Shown piece by piece: positions 59,501-64,000 of a stretch of 64,000 nucleotides of DNA. Below the pieces are notes generated by a model. It did no database searches, had not been told where the DNA came from, and saw only the letters and a program-made list of their open reading frames with translations. Within the stretch, counting starts at the first letter, position 1. The number at the start of each line of letters is the position of its first letter. Position numbers and translations under genes: made by a program. The stretch comes from Candidatus Saliniplasma sp. (GTDB lineage Archaea; Thermoplasmatota; Thermoplasmata; Halarchaeoplasmatales; Halarchaeoplasmataceae): positions 17,772 to 81,771 of the forward strand of contig JAWOGF010000050.1 of the NCBI GenBank assembly GCA_046497075.1. The letters are read 5' to 3'.

Positions 59501-59738
59501 ATTTTACAGAATCAAAGAAGAATTAGAGAAGGCAGAGGAGAGGCTGGAAAGTGCAGTCGAGATCGCTGATAATATCAATGATAAACGAAAAAAAGCAATA
59601 TTGGACTTCGAATCCGCATTGCTCCTTAAGAAAAAGGGAGAGGTAAAGCGTGCAAAGGACGTATTTCAGGACGCTTTTGATGCTTTTGAATCGATGGGGT
59701 TGGACTTATGGTCGAAAAAAGTAAGTAAAGAGATATAA
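56538..59738 (+). CDS. wHTH plus STAND/AAA_16 P-loop NTPase plus TPR-repeat regulator
   Basis: The N-terminal winged helix is 'IAEYIDSDVPYVNRLLKKLKKNDLVRSDKRKVSETQRKRKVYFLTDKGKRI'. The Walker A is 'GKAGVGKT' and the hhhhDxLQWaD motif is 'VVFLDNLQWSD'. At least 6 TPR units follow (for example LNNLGMVYLRGGDQKEALNHWKEAYRI and LHNIGIVYLNQGNLEEALDNYEKSIEI). Confidence 0.75.
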   Translation: MILCSYSDKILIHLYGQDKYLDSLVVPQKLSQSGIAEYIDSDVPYVNRLLKKLKKNDLVRSDKRKVSETQRKRKVYFLTDKGKRIADKLISDLEEEDVTLIKGNEEREVKIRSLDEHLDVDNPIMFTLNNMDEEDRLIPEKIKTPEKDIFVDREEEKDSLKECLDIVRNHGARTIFIKGKAGVGKTRFVMDLESYFKSRGFKLLVGKSYYDTIDPYHPFNDAFEKILDDNEKKNQVPGVNSSSSTSKETRDKNFLDFQRRAKFYESTKWVKKIASEQPLVVFLDNLQWSDNATLRLLHYMTDNLGESPVLFIGSYRPEEVFSNHPLMDIKRRMSRRSLIKEIDIDRFDLSATQKIIESVIGVKGVPEDFVDKMYEETEGNPLYIKRSLKTLLEAGKVDPLKNKYPKEEIERINLKVFRRIIKRRVERLPQKTKNIIQVGSVIGEKVDLKLLSKVLDKNEFHLLDIIDTLLEADLWYDEPSKNRFSFSHKVVHDVVYENINKSKRIRVHKKTAESLKELEEDHLDEYFAALGYHYEKSRRFRSAMKYYQKGAEKAKDIYANEDALKMYEKALDLEEKVSTEDSTKISLLENIGDVHKMLGRYEAARNYYNKALKGTSDSEINQRFYRKIADTWEEQSDVSKIISATDKGLSLEGKTNEETCKLLKNKGWAYLRKGEYEEAYRYFEEEKEIAENLESEEDISRALHDLGTLEYYKNNFDKAVELLKRSIDIRKDIGLKKGLSASLNNLGMVYLRGGDQKEALNHWKEAYRINEDTNDRSGMAHSLHNIGIVYLNQGNLEEALDNYEKSIEIRKKIGDRSGEGVSLGSIGNIYVKKGEIKKGLEYYEEALSIFEEIGDKLRISTWLANKSDIYIDKGELDKAEEHLQKGYDRSREIGNEFNKGFIMNKLGVVYRERGELSKSIKVHKDSIKMGVEIENEELLMSSKVNLADDYLGEEKVRKADDLLKGLEECIKEIDNRETVLDYYRVTSKFYRIKEELEKAEERLESAVEIADNINDKRKKAILDFESALLLKKKGEVKRAKDVFQDAFDAFESMGLDLWSKKVSKEI

Positions 59739-60262
59739 GAGCGGTTATCATTCTATTGAGTGAACGTGTACAGATAGGGTGAGATCCCTTGAGTTCCTGG
59801 ATATCGTTGACGCAGTCGCCTATCAGCAACAATATGACCATGGTTCTTGAGGAGATCGATATTGTGATCAGAGTTATTTACGATGATTACCTAGACTTGC
59901 CAAAAGAGACATCGATGAAAGTGAGTAGGAACCACCTCAACGTGCTGGACGATCCGGGACCCTAGGTAAAGATAAAGTCTCTAGGAGACTGTGCGGGGCC
60001 ATCATACAAATTTGGATCTGCACAAGTAATAATACCCTCTTTTCTTATTTTTTTTAAGTCACTCATATTTTTTATTAAACAATTGATTGAGCAAGGAAGA
60101 GAGATGAGAAGGAGTCGGGCTAGGATTTTAGAATCCCCTAGAAAAAACTTCAAAATACTACAAAAGATCATACTATGCTAAATCAGTTAAAAGAAATTAT
60201 TTAATGTTTGCCTGGTATATATTTCGATAGTTTTTTAATCCCTATACCTATTTACCACTAAA

Positions 60263-61276
60263 ATGATAAAGGAGTACCTTAAACTCTCACGGCTTTTTAA
60301 CATGGGTCTTACAGGAGTAGCGCCGATATTCGGTGCCCTAGCCATGTGGAATGTCGGACGCACGTCGATCCTTGGCGTTATAATACTCTTTGTTATCGGC
60401 TGTCTTTCTCACATATATGGTTTTGTGCTGAATGACGTCATAGATGTCGATATGGACAAACTATCGAGTGACCTGAAGGCAAGGCCTCTAGTCAGCGGAA
60501 CGATAACGAGAAGGGAGGCTACCTACTTTGCGGTTTCAGCGATGATCTTATCCTGGATCTTAGCTCTATTCTTCTACGAAGAGCTTTGGCGATTTTTAGT
60601 AATCATTTCGATACTGATCCTTGCAGATTTCCTCTCAACGATCTATAATTTCATTAGCAAAAAATACCCAGGGATGGATATATTTGTGACAGGTGCCGTC
60701 TTCTTCCTCATAATATTCGGTGGGGCAACCGTATCAACTGAAAAATTATTCTCGACTCCGATCCTGTGGATAGTAGCTTCTATAGGTAGTATACAGGTGT
60801 TGTTCATGAACATGATAAACGGGGCCTTGAAGGATATAGACCACGACGCGGAAGGTAGTGGTAGAACACTCGCGATCCGATTAGGAGCGAAAGTGAGTGA
60901 TGAAAAATTGATCATCCCCAACGCATTCAAGATCGCCGGTTACTCCATTGAAGGGTTAAGAACCGCTCTAGTGTTTCTTCCTTTCGTCATTCTATCAGAG
61001 CAGTTCTCACTTCTGTCATGGCAGATAGCCCTCCTACTAGGCCTCACGGTGATAACATTCTATCTTATCCATACGTTGTTCTCCCTGGATAAATTTGTAA
61101 GAGGAAAAGTCAGAAAGAAGATAGGTATCATCGTTATCTTCATGTACGCGTCGACGCCTGTGATGCTCTATTCTCTGCATCCCTATATAATATTGATAGC
61201 GCTCGTCCCACCACTATGGTTCCTATCCAGTAACACTTTCCTACACTCATCAGCATTCGAACCTGAAACCATGTGA
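60263..61276 (+). CDS. UbiA-family membrane prenyltransferase (a candidate digeranylgeranylglyceryl-phosphate synthase)
   Basis: The Asp-rich motif is 'LNDVIDVDMDK' (NDxxDxxxD). It has about 8 TM helices and is 337 aa. Confidence 0.75.
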   Translation: MIKEYLKLSRLFNMGLTGVAPIFGALAMWNVGRTSILGVIILFVIGCLSHIYGFVLNDVIDVDMDKLSSDLKARPLVSGTITRREATYFAVSAMILSWILALFFYEELWRFLVIISILILADFLSTIYNFISKKYPGMDIFVTGAVFFLIIFGGATVSTEKLFSTPILWIVASIGSIQVLFMNMINGALKDIDHDAEGSGRTLAIRLGAKVSDEKLIIPNAFKIAGYSIEGLRTALVFLPFVILSEQFSLLSWQIALLLGLTVITFYLIHTLFSLDKFVRGKVRKKIGIIVIFMYASTPVMLYSLHPYIILIALVPPLWFLSSNTFLHSSAFEPETM

Positions 61277-61573
61277 AGATCACAGCTCCTCCGATAGCTG
61301 TACGACAGAGTCCACTACAAAATCCATGCTGATTCCAGATGATTTTATACAATCGCCGACCATGTAAAGACCTTCTACGGGCGGTCCGAAGTCGGCTTTT
61401 CATTATCGATCGTCTTCGCAACACCGTTCGGATGGTGGATTTTCAGCTGGATAGCAAATTTCAGGCTATAGGGACATAAGGTCCGACATTTCTTGGAAAG
61501 CTAAGACTACATGTAAGTATATCTGTCCTTATAAAAATAGAGGGAAAATTGAAAATGGGTTGTTATCTCATGC

Positions 61574-64000
61574 TCATAGTCGTCGTTTCTTATTTTGATA
61601 GGCTGCCAAAGCTATGGATAAGGCCAATAGCATCAGGATCGAAGTGAATCCGGGCGTACCGTTATCCCCGTCACTTTCATCACCACCGTCTTTGTCCACT
61701 TCTTCAATGTTTACCGTCTCTGTCTGATCGCTAAATTCTATAGTATGTTTTCCTTCCTTTTCAAACTCATGAGTATAATCGAGATCCTCCGCCTCACCGG
61801 CTCCTAGTGTTATACTTTCGATCTCCTCACCATCTATCATCAATCCTAAAGATCCTTCAGCGTTTCCGACATTCTCCACATCGGCTGTTATGTTTAATTC
61901 GAGTCCGTTCTCTTCAATACTAAAGTAGGGTACTTCAAATTCTGCTACCAATTTTTCAAAGTTGACTGTTATCGATTTGTTTTCGTCCATCGTGATATTT
62001 ATCTCTAGCCCTTCTTCATCTTCAGGTACATTTCCAGTCCACTCTACGAATTCCCAGCCATCAACGGGCGTAGCTTCTACCATCACAATATCTCCCTCTT
62101 CATAGGTGTGGTTGCCTTCTGAAGGATATATGCTGCCCTCTCCGTCAACCTCTACAGTGAGATCATATGATTGGACTGAACTCTTTTCTTGGAAGAAAGC
62201 TGTTATCTCTTTATCTTCGTTCATCTTTACCGTTATCTCTTCCCCAGTCTTGTCGGTTCCGCTCCACCCGTCGAAGTACCAACCTTTATCTGGGTTGGCA
62301 GTTATCGTCACCTCTTTTCCTTCGATATGGGTATATTTTCCAGGTATAGGTTCAGTAGTGCCGCTTCCCTTTACACCGAGAGTTAAGTCGTACTCCTGTA
62401 GAACCATTACAGTTCTTTCATCCTTGGTGTCATCGCTGCTCACAATCAGATCGTATCCCCCAGCATCACCTTTTTCTGTCTGCCAGATGAAAGAAGCGGA
62501 ATGATCCTCTTCCGGTCCAAGCTGTAGTCCCGAGAAAGCATCCTCGTAAACCTTTCCTCCGTTATCATAAACGGTGAGCACTATATCTTGTGTACCTTCG
62601 CTTATTCCAGTGTTCTCTACTTCATAGTCGACTGTTATTTTATCTTCTTCAACAAAATTTTCTTCTCCTTCAGGTGAAGTGATATCTACATCGAAGTTCG
62701 CTCCTCCTGCTGTAGTGAAACTCCATGTCTTGGATTCGTAATTTTTGTCACCGCATTCAGCCACGGCGTACCACCCGTATGTAGTGTTGGGTTTTAAATC
62801 GTCCCAAGTAGTTCTAGCATAATCACCGCTGGATACTCTTTCTTCAGACCCTATGAAACCCCCGTCGGAACCGTAGAAATCGATGTCCATCTCTTCACCA
62901 TTTTGGTGACCGACGATCACGCTCAATTCTGTGTCCAAACCCACTCCTTCATTTCCATCTTTTGGCTCAGGGAACTTCGGGCTGTTATCGTGGTGTATAC
63001 TCAGAGTGGCCACAGCATATTCATCTTCCTCCCCGTCTATCTGTGCGATCAAACCAACAGATGAAAATTCATATGTGGTTTCAGTCATGTCTTCGGCTAT
63101 AGGCACCTCTATAACATTTTCAAAATATCCATTTTCATCGGTAGTAGTTTCCCATCTCTCTCGCGGTTCCGCTCCCTGACAGATATCGATGATAACGTGC
63201 TCATTAGCTTTATCCGGAAATTGTCCTGAAAGAGTGACTTCCTCTCCGACTTGTGCTTCTGATGGTTCTATAGATAATTCGTTGGTGGTCTCATGGACCT
63301 GATAGCCCGTGAGACTCCTTCTCATATCCCCCTGCTCTGTATGGCTGACCTCTTTCACTGGCATCCCGATGTCCGGGCTGTACCATATCTCTTGAGTTCC
63401 ATTACTATCACCTGATACAGTGTTATTTATGTGATAACATTCGAACTCACCAGCCGCTACCTGGACAGTTTCCTTAGTATCCACAGTGGTTTCACTTAGA
63501 GAGCTTGTATTTCCCTCAGTATGATTCTCCTGTGTATTATCGCCAACTTCGATCCTATTGTACCCCCAATTATGTATGGTTGTGTTGGCCCAAAATGAAT
63601 CGCCGATATTTACCGGGGAATCATAAGTTTCCGCTGGAGGACTGTAACTCTGATTCACGTATGACCATCCTTCTAGTTCACCGAAGGCCCCTTCGCCATA
63701 ATAATATCTCAACTTACGGCGTTCAACAACAGCTAGATCACTCATCCTCAGCAGATTATAACCTTCAATATGGCCTCCCTTGATATCTATATTAGTGGAT
63801 GATGTTTCTATATAACCATCAACGACCTCACCTTCTATGGAGATATTATACGCTAAATATGTCTCCCCCTCGTGGTCGATTTGCTCTATCGAGTCGACTG
63901 TGAAGTTGAGTACATCCTCGAAGTGCAAATATTGCTCCTCTTCTGTATTATTCGTCCAAACGAGATTATCATATGTCCAATAACTACCTATCTCCCAGGT
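61574..64000 (-). CDS. Cell-surface protein with CARDB-like and InlB-B-repeat-like domains and a PGF-CTERM archaeosortase sorting signal; N-terminus lies beyond the window
   Basis: The C-terminus 'GTPGFTSILMLLALSIALAAYQNKKRRL' is the PGF motif plus a TM helix plus a basic tail. The repeats '…GSGTTEPIPGKYTHIEGKEVTITANPDKGWYFDGWSG' occur twice. The segment is acidic and T/S-rich. There is no signal peptide at the in-window Met, so the true start lies beyond position 64000. Confidence 0.75.
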   Translation of the reverse strand, partial: TWEIGSYWTYDNLVWTNNTEEEQYLHFEDVLNFTVDSIEQIDHEGETYLAYNISIEGEVVDGYIETSSTNIDIKGGHIEGYNLLRMSDLAVVERRKLRYYYGEGAFGELEGWSYVNQSYSPPAETYDSPVNIGDSFWANTTIHNWGYNRIEVGDNTQENHTEGNTSSLSETTVDTKETVQVAAGEFECYHINNTVSGDSNGTQEIWYSPDIGMPVKEVSHTEQGDMRRSLTGYQVHETTNELSIEPSEAQVGEEVTLSGQFPDKANEHVIIDICQGAEPRERWETTTDENGYFENVIEVPIAEDMTETTYEFSSVGLIAQIDGEEDEYAVATLSIHHDNSPKFPEPKDGNEGVGLDTELSVIVGHQNGEEMDIDFYGSDGGFIGSEERVSSGDYARTTWDDLKPNTTYGWYAVAECGDKNYESKTWSFTTAGGANFDVDITSPEGEENFVEEDKITVDYEVENTGISEGTQDIVLTVYDNGGKVYEDAFSGLQLGPEEDHSASFIWQTEKGDAGGYDLIVSSDDTKDERTVMVLQEYDLTLGVKGSGTTEPIPGKYTHIEGKEVTITANPDKGWYFDGWSGTDKTGEEITVKMNEDKEITAFFQEKSSVQSYDLTVEVDGEGSIYPSEGNHTYEEGDIVMVEATPVDGWEFVEWTGNVPEDEEGLEINITMDENKSITVNFEKLVAEFEVPYFSIEENGLELNITADVENVGNAEGSLGLMIDGEEIESITLGAGEAEDLDYTHEFEKEGKHTIEFSDQTETVNIEEVDKDGGDESDGDNGTPGFTSILMLLALSIALAAYQNKKRRL

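Noticed and set aside
59962-60171. 69-aa minus-strand ORF in the intergenic region upstream of the UbiA gene
   Set aside because: It is a low-complexity, AT-driven ORF without motif or context support.

Overview
This 64 kb window reads as a low-GC archaeal chromosomal segment, roughly 38-40% GC by eye. The proteome is strongly acidic (D/E-rich), which fits a salt-in halophile such as a Nanohaloarchaeota/DPANN-like lineage; that placement is inference. The archaeal call rests on an isopentenyl phosphate kinase, an IDI2 and GGPP synthase operon, a fibrillarin, a PGF-CTERM surface protein, an HTH_10 (bacterio-opsin activator-type) regulator, TATA-like promoters with leaderless starts, and an intron-containing tRNA-Glu. 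I call about 52 protein-coding genes, densely packed on both strands, plus one tRNA. The blocks are: (i) a glycan/envelope cluster with a Wzx/AglR-like flippase, a DUF354 GT-B protein, a DedA-like protein, an NAD-epimerase, and a sequon-rich secreted protein; (ii) the isoprenoid cluster idsA-fni-ipk; (iii) housekeeping genes (flpA, aminotransferase, glyA, gcvH, HDAC-like, Dph6-like, tldD/tldE, amidohydrolase, roadblock, CBS); (iv) transporters (UPF0016, CaCA, an IT-superfamily permease, a DUF368 polyprenyl-P translocase); and (v) a glycyl-radical enzyme with its activase and an ABC-F ATPase. The most unusual items are listed next. First, a 592-aa protein whose core is an unmistakable bacterial DnaA-type AAA+ domain, but whose DnaA DNA-binding domain IV is replaced by an archaeal DUF835-like domain, with a DUF4388-like N-terminus. 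Second, a gene pair encoding a double zinc-ribbon plus coiled-coil protein (454 aa) and a 1345-aa protein that is essentially one continuous E/K-rich coiled coil. Third, a 2207-aa secreted gingipain-like (C25) cysteine peptidase with a thrice-repeated about 250-aa module, divergently paired with a wHTH, STAND NTPase and TPR regulator. Fourth, the tRNA-Glu carries a 24-nt intron, and its 3' end is directly repeated 160 bp downstream with two perfect palindromes in between, which looks like an att-site scar. Fifth, a GC-rich compositional island at about 45.5-47.0 kb carries a bacterial-type membrane protein and gene debris. Sixth, a 9-bp tandem repeat encodes (SKE/SKD)n. All functional calls are from motif recognition by eye, with no database searches run.
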